DNA of 64,000 nucleotides, taken from assembly GCA_002796135.1 (NCBI GenBank), contig PCWB01000055.1:22109-86108 (forward strand), given 5' to 3'. Position 1 is the stretch's first letter. Each line of letters begins with the position of its first letter. This stretch comes from Candidatus Omnitrophica bacterium CG11_big_fil_rev_8_21_14_0_20_41_12. GTDB taxonomy: Bacteria > Omnitrophota > Gorgyraeia > Gygaellales > Profunditerraquicolaceae. The notes under the pieces were generated by a model. The model saw only the letters and a program-made list of their open reading frames with translations. It ran no database searches and was not told the DNA's origin. Position numbers and translations under genes: made by a program. Below, one piece after another: positions 53,485-64,000 of the stretch.

Positions 53485-54863
53485 AAATAGCGGTGGCGCT
53501 CTCAGAGATGGTTCCTTTTGCTAAGACCGGCGGGCTTGCCGATGTCGGCGGCGCCCTGCCTTTGGACTTAGAGTATTGCGGACATGAAGTAATTATACTT
53601 ATGCCCGGATATAAATGCATCCGGGATTCTAAATTAAAGATCCGCAGGGTTTCTAAAGATATATCATCTTCAACGATCGGTAAAAATATTAAAGTTTATT
53701 TTATCGAGCATGATTTTTATTTTAACCGCGACTGCATTTACGGCGACAAAGACGGTGATTACTGGGATAATTTGGAACGGTTTGCTTTTTTCTGCCGCCG
53801 AGGGCTGGATTTGTTGAAGGAGATAAATTTTAGCGCCGACATATTGCATCTGCATGACTGGCAGTCAAGCCTGATGGCGGTTTATCTGAAAACTCTATAT
53901 TCAGAAGATAATTTTTATAGCCGGACCAGGAGCCTTTTAACGATCCACAATATCGGTTATCAGGGGGTTTTTGCCAAAGAGGAGTTTAAAAAACTTGGCC
54001 TTGAGAATAAATATTTTGATATTAATGGTCTTGAATTTTATGATAAGGTTAATTTGCTCAAGGGCGGGATAATTTTTTCTGATTTTATAAATACCGTTAG
54101 TCCTACTTATGCCAAGGAGATCCAGACCAAAGAGTTTGGTTTTGGTTTAGAGGGGCTCTTAAAGAAACGAAAAGATGTCTTAAGCGGGATATTAAACGGC
54201 ATAGATTACTCTGTTTGGGATCCGGATGCGGATGAATTTATCATACAGAATTATTCTGCGCGCGATATTGAGCGAAAAATTCTGAATAAAGAGGATCTGC
54301 AGCGGCAATGCGGGTTAGCGTTAAATGCAGAGCTACCCGTTTTAGGCATTGTATCTCGCCTGGCAAAGCAGAAAGGCTTTGATATTCTTACTGCCTCACT
54401 TGAGGAGCTTTGTAAAATGGATCTCCAATTAATCATCCTGGGAATCGGGGATGATAAGTACCACCAGCTTTTAAAGGCAGCTGCTAAAAAATATCCGAAA
54501 GTCGTTGCTCTGAATTTAAATTTCGATGATCCGCTGGCGCACAAGATTTACGCAGGATGCGATATTTTTCTGATGCCTTCAAAATATGAACCCTGCGGCC
54601 TCGGCCAATTGATCAGTTTGCGCTATGGCACAATACCGCTGGTTTTTAAGACCGGAGGCCTTGCGGACACGATTACTAAAAATAACGGTTTTATTTTTAC
54701 CGATTATACTAAAGAGGGTCTTTTGCAAATAGTTAAGAAGGCCACATTAGCTTTTAAAAATAAAATTGAGTGGAAGCGTTTAATTTTAAATGCAATGCAA
54801 TGTAATTTTTCCTGGAAGGTCTCAGCGGATAAGTATAGCTATCTCTATGCCAAAGCTAAATAA
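53481..54863 (+). CDS. glgA: Glycogen synthase (ADP-glucose type)
   Basis: N-terminal KTGGLADVGGALP motif. The start was set at the ATG at 53481 behind a GGAGGG RBS. Confidence 0.85.
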   Translation: MKIAVALSEMVPFAKTGGLADVGGALPLDLEYCGHEVIILMPGYKCIRDSKLKIRRVSKDISSSTIGKNIKVYFIEHDFYFNRDCIYGDKDGDYWDNLERFAFFCRRGLDLLKEINFSADILHLHDWQSSLMAVYLKTLYSEDNFYSRTRSLLTIHNIGYQGVFAKEEFKKLGLENKYFDINGLEFYDKVNLLKGGIIFSDFINTVSPTYAKEIQTKEFGFGLEGLLKKRKDVLSGILNGIDYSVWDPDADEFIIQNYSARDIERKILNKEDLQRQCGLALNAELPVLGIVSRLAKQKGFDILTASLEELCKMDLQLIILGIGDDKYHQLLKAAAKKYPKVVALNLNFDDPLAHKIYAGCDIFLMPSKYEPCGLGQLISLRYGTIPLVFKTGGLADTITKNNGFIFTDYTKEGLLQIVKKATLAFKNKIEWKRLILNAMQCNFSWKVSADKYSYLYAKAK

Positions 54864-55455
54864 AAATAAGTTTATTTTAGGCGTCACCGGTAATCTTGCC
54901 TGCGGAAAGAGCACGGTGGCAGCGATGTTTAAAACCCAAGATTGCTTGCTGATTGACGCTGACCGGCTGGGGCACAGGTTTTTATCCGCGCCAGGCCTCG
55001 TTTATAAAAAGATCATCAACACTTTCGGAGAGGGAATTCTTGATCCGGATAAGAAAATCAACCGGGCAAAATTAGCCAAAAGAGTTTTTGCCGGTAAAAA
55101 GGATTTAGCCAGGCTTAATGCCATTGTGCATCCGGTATTGATCAAGGAGATCAAGCGCCTGATTAAAAATTCAGATAAGAAAATTATTATTCTTGATGCT
55201 GCTTTGATCATTGAGGCAGGATTAAGAAAAATAGCGGATAAGCTTGTCGTGGTCACAGCCAAAAAAAACCAGCAGATCTTACGCCAACAGAAAGGAGCAG
55301 GGCTTAGCAGGGAGGATATTCTATCGAGGTTAAAATCTCAGATTTCGCAAAGCAAAAAAAAGCGCTTTGCGGATTTCATTATAGATAACAGTGGTTCAAT
55401 CGTAGAAACCAAAAAACAGGTGTGCGCAATAAGGAGGAAGTTGTGGAAAAGTTAG
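54847..55455 (+). CDS. coaE: Dephospho-CoA kinase
   Basis: P-loop [12 protein letters not shown]. It is ~200 aa from the in-frame ATG at 54847. Confidence 0.8.
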   Translation: MPKLNKNKFILGVTGNLACGKSTVAAMFKTQDCLLIDADRLGHRFLSAPGLVYKKIINTFGEGILDPDKKINRAKLAKRVFAGKKDLARLNAIVHPVLIKEIKRLIKNSDKKIIILDAALIIEAGLRKIADKLVVVTAKKNQQILRQQKGAGLSREDILSRLKSQISQSKKKRFADFIIDNSGSIVETKKQVCAIRRKLWKS

Positions 55456-56702
55456 ATATTAAGAAGCTTAAAGAAATGAAGATTACCGAGTTAAATAAAC
55501 TGGCCAAGGAATTAAACGCCAATGGCACCAGCGGCTTAAAAAAACAGGACCTGATTTTCAAAATACTTCAGGCCCAGGCTGAGAAAGAAGGCTTGATGTT
55601 CGGGGAAGGAGTTTTGGAGATCCTTTCCGAAGGTTTTGGTTTTTTAAGAAGCCCGAATTATAATTATCTGCCTTGTCCGGATGATATTTATATCTCTCCG
55701 TCACAGATCAGAAAGTTTGAATTGCGCACCGGGGATACGGTAAGCGGGCAGATTCGCCCTCCGAAAGAAGGGGAAAAATATTTTGCCCTGCTCAAGGTAG
55801 AGGCAGTGAACTTTGAAAATCCGGAAGAAGTAAAAGAAAAGGTGCTTTTTGATAATTTAACTCCGGTTTATCCCTGTTCGCCTTTTAACATGGAAACTAA
55901 GCCCGATGAATTGTCCATGCGCATTATGGAACTGCTTACTCCTATCGGCCGTGGCCAGCGCGGCTTGATCGTCGCTCAGCCGTATAGCGGTAAAACTGTT
56001 TTACTACAAAAGATTGCCAATGCGATTACGACTAATAATCCCGATGTTATCCTGATTGTTCTTCTGATCGATGAGCGTCCGGAAGAAGTCACGGATATGC
56101 AGCGTAATGTCAAAGGCGAAGTAATTTCATCTACTTTTGATGAGCCGCCGGAACGCCATGTTCAGGTTGCCGAGATTGTTTTGGAAAAAGCCAAACGTTT
56201 AGTTGAGCATAAACGAGATGTCGTGGTTCTTTTAGACAGTATAACTCGTCTGGCGCGCGCTTATAACTCCGTGGTTCCGCATAGCGGAAAGGTGCTCTCA
56301 GGAGGTATTGATTCTAACGCTCTGCAGAAACCAAAGAGGTTCTTTGGAGCCGCACGTGCGGTAGATGAAGGCGGAAGTTTAACGATTATTGCTACCGCTT
56401 TGGTTGATACCGGAAGCCGCATGGATGAAGTTATCTTCGAAGAGTTTAAGGGTACCGGCAATATGGAAACTCAGCTTGATCGTAATTTATTTCAGCGCAG
56501 GATTTACCCGGCAATTGACATCAAGCGTTCCAATACCCGCCATGAAGAGCTCCTGGTCAAGCCGGATGTGTTGCAGAAGACCTGGATATTGAGAAAAGTA
56601 CTAAATGAATTAAATAACGTCGAAGCCATGGAGCTGTTAATCGAGAAGTTAGGGAAAACCAAGAATAACGAAGAATTTTTAAACAGTATGAACCAGAAAT
56701 AA
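55443..56702 (+). CDS. rho: Transcription termination factor Rho
   Basis: Rho N-terminal and cold-shock-like domain (…[10 protein letters not shown]…[14 protein letters not shown]…) and the RecA-like ATPase (GKTVLLQ). A GTG start behind an AGGAGG RBS is assumed. Confidence 0.85.
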   Translation: MEKLDIKKLKEMKITELNKLAKELNANGTSGLKKQDLIFKILQAQAEKEGLMFGEGVLEILSEGFGFLRSPNYNYLPCPDDIYISPSQIRKFELRTGDTVSGQIRPPKEGEKYFALLKVEAVNFENPEEVKEKVLFDNLTPVYPCSPFNMETKPDELSMRIMELLTPIGRGQRGLIVAQPYSGKTVLLQKIANAITTNNPDVILIVLLIDERPEEVTDMQRNVKGEVISSTFDEPPERHVQVAEIVLEKAKRLVEHKRDVVVLLDSITRLARAYNSVVPHSGKVLSGGIDSNALQKPKRFFGAARAVDEGGSLTIIATALVDTGSRMDEVIFEEFKGTGNMETQLDRNLFQRRIYPAIDIKRSNTRHEELLVKPDVLQKTWILRKVLNELNNVEAMELLIEKLGKTKNNEEFLNSMNQK

Positions 56703-56715
56703 AGGGGGAAATAAA

Positions 56716-56916
56716 ATGAAAGAGAAAATACATCCTAATTACAAAGAAAGCACGATTATTTGTGCCTGCGGCGAGACGGTGCATACCCGCTCGACTAAGC
56801 CCAGTATCCGTGTAGAAATCTGCTCAAAGTGCCATCCGTTTTTTACCGGTAAGCAGAAGTTAGTGGATTCAGCCGGACGCGTGGATAAGTTTGTGAAGAA
56901 ATATGGTAAAAAATAA
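56716..56916 (+). CDS. rpmE: 50S ribosomal protein L31
   Basis: 66 aa with a C-x-C…C-x2-H zinc ribbon. Confidence 0.9.
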   Translation: MKEKIHPNYKESTIICACGETVHTRSTKPSIRVEICSKCHPFFTGKQKLVDSAGRVDKFVKKYGKK

Positions 56917-57976
56917 AATGCACGAGCAGTTAGAAAAACTAACTGCTCGTTATCAGGAGCTTGAACATCTTTTAGCTGATCATGAGCAGATCGCCGACCG
57001 CCAGCAGTATAATAAGCTGGCTAAAGAGCTTTCTGATATCAAGGAGCTGGTTTCTTTATTTGGCGAATATAAGAACTTGCTTAAAGAGGCTACTGATCTT
57101 GAGACGGTATTAAGCGGAAAGTATGATCAGGATTTTGTTGAGCTGGCCCACGATGAGCTTAAGAATCTGGAAATTAAAAAAACCGGGATTGTCGCAGAAT
57201 TAAATAAAAAGATGGCAGGTGTTGATAAAGACGCCGGCCGTAATTGTATCATTGAGATCCGTCAGGGTACCGGCGGAGATGAGGCAGGGCTTTTTGCCGC
57301 TGATCTCTACCGGATGTATTCCAAGTATGCTGCAATTAAAGGCTGGGATATCGAGGAGATGTCTTCTAGCGTTAATGAAGCCGGCGGAATCAAAGAAATA
57401 ATTTTTGGTGTAAAAGGAAAGGATTCTTTCCGTCTTTTAAAATTTGAAAGCGGAGTGCACCGGGTGCAGCGCGTGCCTACCACTGAGTCTCAAGGCAGAA
57501 TTCATACTTCTACGGCAACGGTGGCGGTTTTGCGTGAACCGGAGGAAGTTGATCTGGTGATTGAGCCCAAAGATCTAAGGATCGATACATATCGCTCCAG
57601 CGGCCCCGGCGGCCAGCATATGCAGAAAACCGATTCAGCGGTAAGGATCACGCACATTCCTTCAGGAACAGCAGTTGCCTGTCAGGATGAGCGTTCACAG
57701 ATCAAGAATCGAGCCAAGGCGATGCGTGTTTTGCGCGCCCGTATCTTAGAGGTTAAGATAGAGGAGGAGGCGAAAAGATTATCCAGCGCCCGTAAAACTC
57801 AGATCGGCACCGGTGATCGCAGTGAAAAAATACGCACCTATAATTTTCCCGACCGCAGGATTACCGACCATAGGATCAACTTTACCTCGCATCAGTTAGA
57901 GGGGATTTTAGAAGGCCAGATGGATGAGCTTTTTGAGGCCCTATTAAAAGCCGAGCAAGAGAAAAAAAATGAATGA
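56903..57976 (+). CDS. prfA: Peptide chain release factor 1
   Basis: GGQ motif ([11 protein letters not shown]) and a PxT-region pattern. Confidence 0.9.
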   Translation: MVKNKMHEQLEKLTARYQELEHLLADHEQIADRQQYNKLAKELSDIKELVSLFGEYKNLLKEATDLETVLSGKYDQDFVELAHDELKNLEIKKTGIVAELNKKMAGVDKDAGRNCIIEIRQGTGGDEAGLFAADLYRMYSKYAAIKGWDIEEMSSSVNEAGGIKEIIFGVKGKDSFRLLKFESGVHRVQRVPTTESQGRIHTSTATVAVLREPEEVDLVIEPKDLRIDTYRSSGPGGQHMQKTDSAVRITHIPSGTAVACQDERSQIKNRAKAMRVLRARILEVKIEEEAKRLSSARKTQIGTGDRSEKIRTYNFPDRRITDHRINFTSHQLEGILEGQMDELFEALLKAEQEKKNE

Positions 57977-58754
57977 GGCAGAGCTAGTTTTAAGCCATGT
58001 TTTAAATTGTGACAAGCTGTCTTTATATTTGAATAAAGATATTAATCTAACCAAAGGTAATTCTGTTTTAATATCTGAAATACTTAAGCGCAGGATCAGC
58101 GGTGAGCCGCTGCAGTATATTTTAGGCAAGACTGAATTTATGGGTCTGGAGTTTAAGGTGGACAAACGGGCACTGATCCCCCGCCCGGAAACCGAGATTT
58201 TAGTTGAGACGGCGATCAACGAATTAAGAACAGCAGGTATTAGTTGCCCTAAAATTTTTGACCTTGGCACAGGATCAGGCTGTATCGCAATATCAATAGC
58301 TAAACTTTTACCCGGCGCAATTATTTGGGCTGCGGATATATCCAAGGAAGCTCTGCAATTAGCCGCAGCGAACGCTGAATCAAATAAAGCAGAAATTAAA
58401 TTTTTACGCAGCGATATTTTTAGTGCCCTTGAATTAAAAAACGAGCAATTTGACCTGATCATCAGCAATCCGCCTTATGTGGCAGTCTCTGAATTAAGTA
58501 GTTTAGCTAAAGAAATATCTTTTGAGCCTAGATGCGCCTTAGCTGCAGGGATCGAGGGGCTGGATTTTTATGCGTTGATCAGTGCTCAGGCACAGGTTTA
58601 TTTAAAAATTGGCGGGATATTGGCTTTTGAGGTGGGGGTCAACCAATCCCAACAGGTCTGCGCCATGTTGTTTAAAGAAAATTTTAGTGATATCAAGACA
58701 ATTAAAGATTATAATAATATTAATCGGGTAGTCATGGGAAGGAAAAATCTTTAG
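57969..58754 (+). CDS. prmC: Release-factor glutamine N5-methyltransferase (HemK/PrmC)
   Basis: NPPY motif (IISNPPYV) and a SAM motif (DLGTGSGCIA). It follows prfA. Confidence 0.8.
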   Translation: MNEAELVLSHVLNCDKLSLYLNKDINLTKGNSVLISEILKRRISGEPLQYILGKTEFMGLEFKVDKRALIPRPETEILVETAINELRTAGISCPKIFDLGTGSGCIAISIAKLLPGAIIWAADISKEALQLAAANAESNKAEIKFLRSDIFSALELKNEQFDLIISNPPYVAVSELSSLAKEISFEPRCALAAGIEGLDFYALISAQAQVYLKIGGILAFEVGVNQSQQVCAMLFKENFSDIKTIKDYNNINRVVMGRKNL

Positions 58755-60017
58755 ATGGATAAATTAATAATTGAAGGCGGAGCAAAATTAAAGGGAGAGG
58801 TTACGGTCTCCGGAGCAAAAAACGCCGTACTGCCGATTCTGGCGGCGACTTTACTTACTGATGAGCCTTGCGAGATCCGCGGAGTGCCGAATCTGCGGGA
58901 TACTACCAGCATGCTTAAGCTTCTACGTTCTCTGGGTAAAGCCGTGGAATTTGATAAAGGAAGGGTAATTGTTGCTGCGGGAAAAACTTCAAGTTATATT
59001 GCCGAATATAAATTAGTTTCAACAATGCGTGCTTCATTTTGTGTTTTGGGCCCGCTTTTAGGTAAATTTAAAAAAGCTAAAGTTTCTCTGCCCGGAGGCT
59101 GTGTTATCGGAGTGCGGCCGGTAGACCTGCATTTAAAAGGGATTAAGGCGCTGGGTGCTGATATTTGCATCGAAGCAGGTTATGTGGTAGCGACGGCAAA
59201 AAAATTACGCGGCTCATACATTTATCTAGGCGGAGTTTACGGATCTTCGGTTTTAGCGACCGATAATGTGATGATGGCTGCGGTTTTAGCCAGCGGCAAA
59301 ACGATAATTGAATCTGCAGCGTGCGAACCGGAGGTCGTGGATCTGGCGGAATTTCTGATTAAGATGGGGGCAAAAATTAAAGGCTATGGCACGCCGGTGA
59401 TTGAGATCGAAGGGGTAAAGCATTTGCATGGGGCAACGCATTTAATCATTCCCGATCGTATCGAAGCCGGAACTTTAATTTTAGCGTCTTTAATTACTGA
59501 AGGAGATGTTTTAATTAAGAACGTGCGCTACGCGCATTTAGGTTCTTTGATGGATAAATTATCCGAGGCTGGCGCAAATGTTACGCATGCTGAGAGCTCT
59601 TTACGCGTTAAAGGCAACCGCAGATTAAAGAGTATTAATTTAACTACGCTTCCGTATCCGGGATTTCCGACGGATATGCAGGCGCAGATGATGAGTTTAA
59701 TGGCGGTCACCCGCGGGATCAGCGTAATTACCGAAAAAATTTATCCGGATAGGTTTATGCATGTTTCCGAGCTTAACCGTATGGGCGCACACATTCAGAG
59801 AGAAGGACCGCATGCAATTGTCGAGGGGATCAAAAGATTATCCGGAGCCCCGGTGATGGCTTCTGATCTGCGCGCATCTGCGGGTTTAGTTTTAGCGGGG
59901 CTAGCGGCAAGCGGCAAAACCTCAGTTTCCAGAATTTATCACTTAGAGCGCGGTTATGAATTAATCGAACAGAAACTGATCAATCTGGGCGCTAAAGTTT
60001 GGAGAGAAAAAGAATGA
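58755..60017 (+). CDS. murA: UDP-N-acetylglucosamine 1-carboxyvinyltransferase
   Basis: MurA N-terminus ([21 protein letters not shown]) and the active-site Cys region. Confidence 0.9.
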   Translation: MDKLIIEGGAKLKGEVTVSGAKNAVLPILAATLLTDEPCEIRGVPNLRDTTSMLKLLRSLGKAVEFDKGRVIVAAGKTSSYIAEYKLVSTMRASFCVLGPLLGKFKKAKVSLPGGCVIGVRPVDLHLKGIKALGADICIEAGYVVATAKKLRGSYIYLGGVYGSSVLATDNVMMAAVLASGKTIIESAACEPEVVDLAEFLIKMGAKIKGYGTPVIEIEGVKHLHGATHLIIPDRIEAGTLILASLITEGDVLIKNVRYAHLGSLMDKLSEAGANVTHAESSLRVKGNRRLKSINLTTLPYPGFPTDMQAQMMSLMAVTRGISVITEKIYPDRFMHVSELNRMGAHIQREGPHAIVEGIKRLSGAPVMASDLRASAGLVLAGLAASGKTSVSRIYHLERGYELIEQKLINLGAKVWREKE

Positions 60018-60580
60018 TTCTAATGATCGATAATTATGATTCCTTCACCTATAACCTGGTGCAATATTTAGGGGAGTTAGGCCAGGATGTTCAAGTTTTT
60101 CGTAATGATGCATTGACGGTCAAGGATATTAAAAAACTTAATCCGGATAAAATCGTGATCTCTCCGGGGCCGGGCAGGCCAGAGGATGCGGGTATCTCTT
60201 GTGAGGTGATCAAGGAATTTTGCGACAAAATACCTATTTTAGGAGTCTGTCTGGGGCATCAGGCAATCGGTTATTGTTTCGGGGGAAAAATCGTCGGGGC
60301 TAAAAGATTAATGCACGGTAAAACCTCAAAGATCTACCATAATAAAAAAGATATTTTTAAAAATATCCCCAATCCTTTTTTGGCTACCCGGTATCATTCT
60401 TTATTGGTGGATAAGAAAAGCCTGCCGGATTGCTTAGAGATAACCGCCTCGACCAAGGAAAATGAAATTATGGGTTTAAAACATAAAGCATATCCGCTTT
60501 GGGGAGTGCAGTTTCATCCGGAATCAATTCTTACCAAAAGCGGAAAACAGATTTTGGATAATTTTATAAAAATTAAATGA
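60014..60580 (+). CDS. trpG: Anthranilate synthase component II / aminodeoxychorismate synthase glutamine amidotransferase
   Basis: Class I GATase ([12 protein letters not shown]…GVCLGHQ…HPES). It sits next to trpD. Confidence 0.75.
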   Translation: MILMIDNYDSFTYNLVQYLGELGQDVQVFRNDALTVKDIKKLNPDKIVISPGPGRPEDAGISCEVIKEFCDKIPILGVCLGHQAIGYCFGGKIVGAKRLMHGKTSKIYHNKKDIFKNIPNPFLATRYHSLLVDKKSLPDCLEITASTKENEIMGLKHKAYPLWGVQFHPESILTKSGKQILDNFIKIK

Positions 60581-61584
60581 TCAAAGACTTAATTCAACAG
60601 CTGCTTGAGAAAAAAGACCTTTCTGAATCGCAGATGCAACAGGCGATGCGCGCGATTTTAAGCGGGATAACCTCGACCGAAGATATTGTTGCGTTTTTAA
60701 CTGCGCTAAGTGATAAGGGCGAGACTGTGGAAGAGTTGACTGCGGCAGTAAATGTCATGCTCAAAAATGTCGATCCGATCATTGTCGATAAGGAAAATAT
60801 TTTAGATACCTGCGGAACCGGAGGAGATAAAAAGGGAACTTTTAATATCTCCACGCTTACCGCTCTGGTTGCCAGTGGCGCAGGAGTTACTGTTGCCAAG
60901 CATGGTAACCGTTCGGTATCTAGCCAATGCGGAAGCGCAGATATTTTGGAGGCATTGGGCGTAAATATTAATATGGACAGAGAAAAAATAAAAAGATGCC
61001 TCAAAGATGCAGGTATTGCTTTTTTGTTTGCGCCGAACCTGCATTCGGCGATGCGCTATGTTGCTCCGGCAAGAAAACAGATTGCTCAGAGGACGATGTT
61101 TAATATTCTCGGCCCGCTGCTTAACCCGGCGCGAGCCACTAACCAGTTAATCGGCGTGTATTCTAAAATATGGGTCAAACCATTGGCGCAGGTTTTGCAT
61201 AATTTAGGCTCAAAGCATATCCTGGTGGTCTATGGCGCTGACGGCCTGGATGAGGTGACTACGACGGACAAGAGCTTTGTTGCGGAGATAGTCAACGGTG
61301 AATTAAAAGAATATGAGATTACCCCCGAGAATTTTGGTTTTAAGAAGTCTAATATTAATGATTTATTAGGCGGCTCGATCAAAGAGAATGTGTCGATTGC
61401 CCGTGACGTATTGGCAGGAGAAAGAGGAGCTCACCGGGATATTGTTTTATTTAATGCCGGATGTGCAATTTATACTGCCGATAAAACAGATACGATTGAG
61501 GCAGGAATAAAACTTGCGGCAAGCTCAATTGATTCCGGTTCAGCATTGCATAAGCTTGAACTTTTAAAGGAGTATTCGCAATAA
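60577..61584 (+). CDS. trpD: Anthranilate phosphoribosyltransferase
   Basis: [17 protein letters not shown] motif. Confidence 0.9.
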   Translation: MIKDLIQQLLEKKDLSESQMQQAMRAILSGITSTEDIVAFLTALSDKGETVEELTAAVNVMLKNVDPIIVDKENILDTCGTGGDKKGTFNISTLTALVASGAGVTVAKHGNRSVSSQCGSADILEALGVNINMDREKIKRCLKDAGIAFLFAPNLHSAMRYVAPARKQIAQRTMFNILGPLLNPARATNQLIGVYSKIWVKPLAQVLHNLGSKHILVVYGADGLDEVTTTDKSFVAEIVNGELKEYEITPENFGFKKSNINDLLGGSIKENVSIARDVLAGERGAHRDIVLFNAGCAIYTADKTDTIEAGIKLAASSIDSGSALHKLELLKEYSQ

Positions 61585-61585
61585 A

Positions 61586-62374
61586 ATGGGGAAAGCCGAT
61601 GTTTTAAAAGATATCGTTGCCAAGAAAAAAGAAAGACTTGCTTTGGCGATGCAACAGCTTGGCCTAGACGATTTAAAAGCAAAATTAGTTGGTTTACCGG
61701 CGCCGCGTCCGTTTAAGGAAGCAATCAGCAAGCCGCGGCAGATTTCTTTGATTGCTGAAATCAAGCAAGCTTCCCCTTCTAAGGGAGTGATCCGGCAGAA
61801 TTTTAATTTACAGGAAATTGCTCAGGCTTATCAGGATGCAGGAGTCCAAGCCATTTCAGTTTTAACTGAAGAGGATTTTTTTGGCGGCAATCCGGCTTAT
61901 ATTAATGAAGTAAAAAATATATTCACCGGTCCGGTGTTACGAAAAGATTTTATCCTGGAAAGTTATCAAGTCTATGAATCGCGTTACTTAGGGGCGGATG
62001 CAATCTTATTAATCGCGGATCTATTAACCAAAGAAAAATTTATTGAATTTATGGGGATCTGTGATGAACTTGGTATGGATTATATCGTCGAGGTTCATGA
62101 TGAAAAAGAGCTTAAAAAAGTATTAAGCTTAAAGGTCCCGATTGTCGGAATCAATAACCGTAATTTACGCACGTTGGAGGTTGATTTTAAGACCACAGAA
62201 AAATTGTTTACTCTTGTGCCCAAAGATAAAATCGTCGTTGTCGAAAGCGGGATCAAAAGTTCGCAGGATATTCTATTTCTTAAAATTTTAGGCGCCAGCG
62301 CTGTATTGATCGGCACAACCTTTATGGAGTCAGTCGATATTAAGGCTAAAGTAGAAGGGGTGATGGGGTGGTAA
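61586..62374 (+). CDS. trpC: Indole-3-glycerol-phosphate synthase
   Basis: IGPS TIM-barrel pattern (…IAEIKQASPSKG…, …VGINNRNL…). Confidence 0.85.
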   Translation: MGKADVLKDIVAKKKERLALAMQQLGLDDLKAKLVGLPAPRPFKEAISKPRQISLIAEIKQASPSKGVIRQNFNLQEIAQAYQDAGVQAISVLTEEDFFGGNPAYINEVKNIFTGPVLRKDFILESYQVYESRYLGADAILLIADLLTKEKFIEFMGICDELGMDYIVEVHDEKELKKVLSLKVPIVGINNRNLRTLEVDFKTTEKLFTLVPKDKIVVVESGIKSSQDILFLKILGASAVLIGTTFMESVDIKAKVEGVMGW

Positions 62375-62982
62375 AAGTTAAGATTTGCGGGATAACGAAT
62401 TTAGAGGATGCGCTGTTGAGCTATTTTGCCGGAGCGCAGGCTTTGGGATTTGTTTTCTACAAAAAAAGTCCGCGCTACATCAGGCCCCAAAAGGCAAAAA
62501 ATATCGCTCGCATCCTGCCGAAGAAAATTAAGCTGGTGGGAGTTTTTGTCGATGAGAAGCCGGCAGCCGTAAAGAAGATCGCTAAACTTATCGGTTTAGA
62601 TATGTTGCAGTTTCATGGCAAGGAAACCCCTGAATACTGTAAAAAATTTAAAGGATATAAAGTAATCAAGGTTTTTAGAATCAGCAAAAAAGAAGATTTA
62701 GATTGTGTAGCCAAATACAAAACCTCTGCTTATTTATTCGACAGTTTTTCTAAGGCCGCTCCGGGTGGCACCGGCAATAAATTTAACTGGAAAATACTGG
62801 CGCAAACAGCTAAAATGGGACCTGTTCTATTTATTTCTGGTGGATTGACCAGCGCAAATGTCAAGCAGGCGATTAAATTATTAAAACCCGATTGGGTGGA
62901 TGCTTCAAGCTCTTTAGAATCAAGGCCCGGGAAAAAAGATAATCAAAGGATCGAAAAGTTTATCCAGGCAATTAAGTTATGA
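62368..62982 (+). CDS. trpF: Phosphoribosylanthranilate isomerase
   Basis: N-terminal KICGIT motif. It is 204 aa. Confidence 0.8.
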   Translation: MVKVKICGITNLEDALLSYFAGAQALGFVFYKKSPRYIRPQKAKNIARILPKKIKLVGVFVDEKPAAVKKIAKLIGLDMLQFHGKETPEYCKKFKGYKVIKVFRISKKEDLDCVAKYKTSAYLFDSFSKAAPGGTGNKFNWKILAQTAKMGPVLFISGGLTSANVKQAIKLLKPDWVDASSSLESRPGKKDNQRIEKFIQAIKL

Positions 62983-63332
62983 AAAAATGCCCGTTTTGCG
63001 CCGAAGAAATACTTGACGAAGCTATAAAATGCCGATATTGTGGCGAGTTCTTAAAGAAAAGGCGTAAAGGTTTAAATTGCTTCACCGGATGCTTGATTGG
63101 GTTGCTTATATTTGTTCTCTTTAATGCTTTTTTGATCTATCAGTCCCGCTGCATTCTGGATATGGTAAGGTATAAGATGATGGCCTGGCATGCCAATATT
63201 CCGCAGGTTAATCTGCCTCTTACTCCTCAAGGAGTGCAGGGGATGTCTAAGGATATGGAGGAGGGATTCCGGATTTTTAGGGAATTTTTAAATCACGATT
63301 CAATCAAGGATACAGAAAAGGTAAAATTTTAA
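62979..63332 (+). CDS. Small zinc-ribbon / single-TM protein of unknown function
   Basis: CPFC…CRYC zinc ribbon, then a hydrophobic helix. It is wedged between trpF and trpB, overlapping the trpF stop. Confidence 0.35.
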   Translation: MKKCPFCAEEILDEAIKCRYCGEFLKKRRKGLNCFTGCLIGLLIFVLFNAFLIYQSRCILDMVRYKMMAWHANIPQVNLPLTPQGVQGMSKDMEEGFRIFREFLNHDSIKDTEKVKF

Positions 63333-63333
63333 A

Positions 63334-64000
63334 ATGAAAAATAAACGACCTGATAAAGTCGGGCACTTCGGATTATTCGGGGGCAGATTTGTTCCCGAGA
63401 CGCTGATCTATGCCCTGGATAAATTGGAAAAAGAATACTCTCAAGCTAAAAAAGACAAAAAGTTCCGTAAGGAATTTGATTATTACCTGCGTGAATACGC
63501 CGGCCGCCCAACGCCGTTATATCTAGCTAAAAATTTAAGCCGGGCTTTGGGAATAAATAAAATTTATTTAAAAAGAGAAGATCTTCTGCATACCGGCGCG
63601 CATAAAATTAATAATACTTTGGGGCAGGTACTTTTAGCCGTTCGAATGGGCAAGAAGAGACTGATTGCCGAGACCGGCGCAGGACAGCACGGAGTAGCTA
63701 CAGCCACGGTTGCGGCATTATTCGGATTACAATGCGACGTATATATGGGCGAGGAGGATATTCACCGCCAGGCATTGAATGTTAAGCGCATGAAATTGCT
63801 CGGAGCTCGCGTGATCAGCGTAAAAAGCGGAACGCAAACCTTAAAAGATGCCATGACCGAAGCTTTGCGCGATTGGGTAACCAATGTGCGCAACACCTAT
63901 TATGTTATCGGCACAGTTGCCGGGCCGCATCCGTATCCGGAGATGGTGCGTAATTTTCAGCGCATAATCGGCGATGAGGCAAGAGCCCAAATTTTAAAAA
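63334..64000 (+). CDS. trpB: Tryptophan synthase beta chain; 3' end is off-window
   Basis: [14 protein letters not shown] and a PLP-lysine region (…HTGAHKINN…). The reading frame is open to the window end. Confidence 0.85.
   Translation, partial: MKNKRPDKVGHFGLFGGRFVPETLIYALDKLEKEYSQAKKDKKFRKEFDYYLREYAGRPTPLYLAKNLSRALGINKIYLKREDLLHTGAHKINNTLGQVLLAVRMGKKRLIAETGAGQHGVATATVAALFGLQCDVYMGEEDIHRQALNVKRMKLLGARVISVKSGTQTLKDAMTEALRDWVTNVRNTYYVIGTVAGPHPYPEMVRNFQRIIGDEARAQILK

Overview
This is a compact bacterial chromosomal segment of roughly mid-40s % GC in which every confident gene lies on the + strand. Neighbouring genes often overlap by 1-30 nt, intergenic spacers are tiny, and no tRNA, rRNA or CRISPR array is recognisable. 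Most of the window is housekeeping. The blocks are kdsD-kdsC-lptC/A-lptB; tig-clpP; serC-like/serA; purA; an OmpA-type lipoprotein; a DUF4912-like gene next to a GH57 glucan-branching enzyme; uppS-cdsA-dxr-rseP-ispG; rimP-nusA-infB-trpS-scpA-ruvB; queH, queA, tgt and trmD-rplS-rnhB-yraN; polA-glgA-coaE-rho-rpmE-prfA-prmC-murA; and trpGDCF-(small gene)-trpB. Non-routine content: (1) a tightly packed seven-gene operon between queA and tgt. It encodes an ArsR/SmtB regulator, an MMPL/RND transporter, a LolA-like protein, a putative outer-membrane beta-barrel, a DsrE-like protein, an ArsM-family methyltransferase that lacks the canonical As(III)-binding cysteines, and a nucleoside-phosphorylase-family protein. 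(2) Two paralogous CpaF/TadA-type secretion ATPases flank proS, with no pilus or secretion partner genes nearby. (3) A Wood-Ljungdahl methyl-branch block (FTCD_C cyclohydrolase-like, folD, metF, acetyl-CoA synthase acsB with intact A-cluster motifs) ends abruptly at a ~1.4-kb IS element that carries doubled terminal inverted repeats and 17-bp flanking direct repeats. (4) A palindromic hairpin motif occurs twice with a compensatory base-pair change, once upstream of clpP and once inside the accessory operon. (5) The trigger factor lacks its PPIase domain. (6) A secreted 5'-nucleotidase-like protein has degenerate metal ligands and a C-terminal CxxC region.
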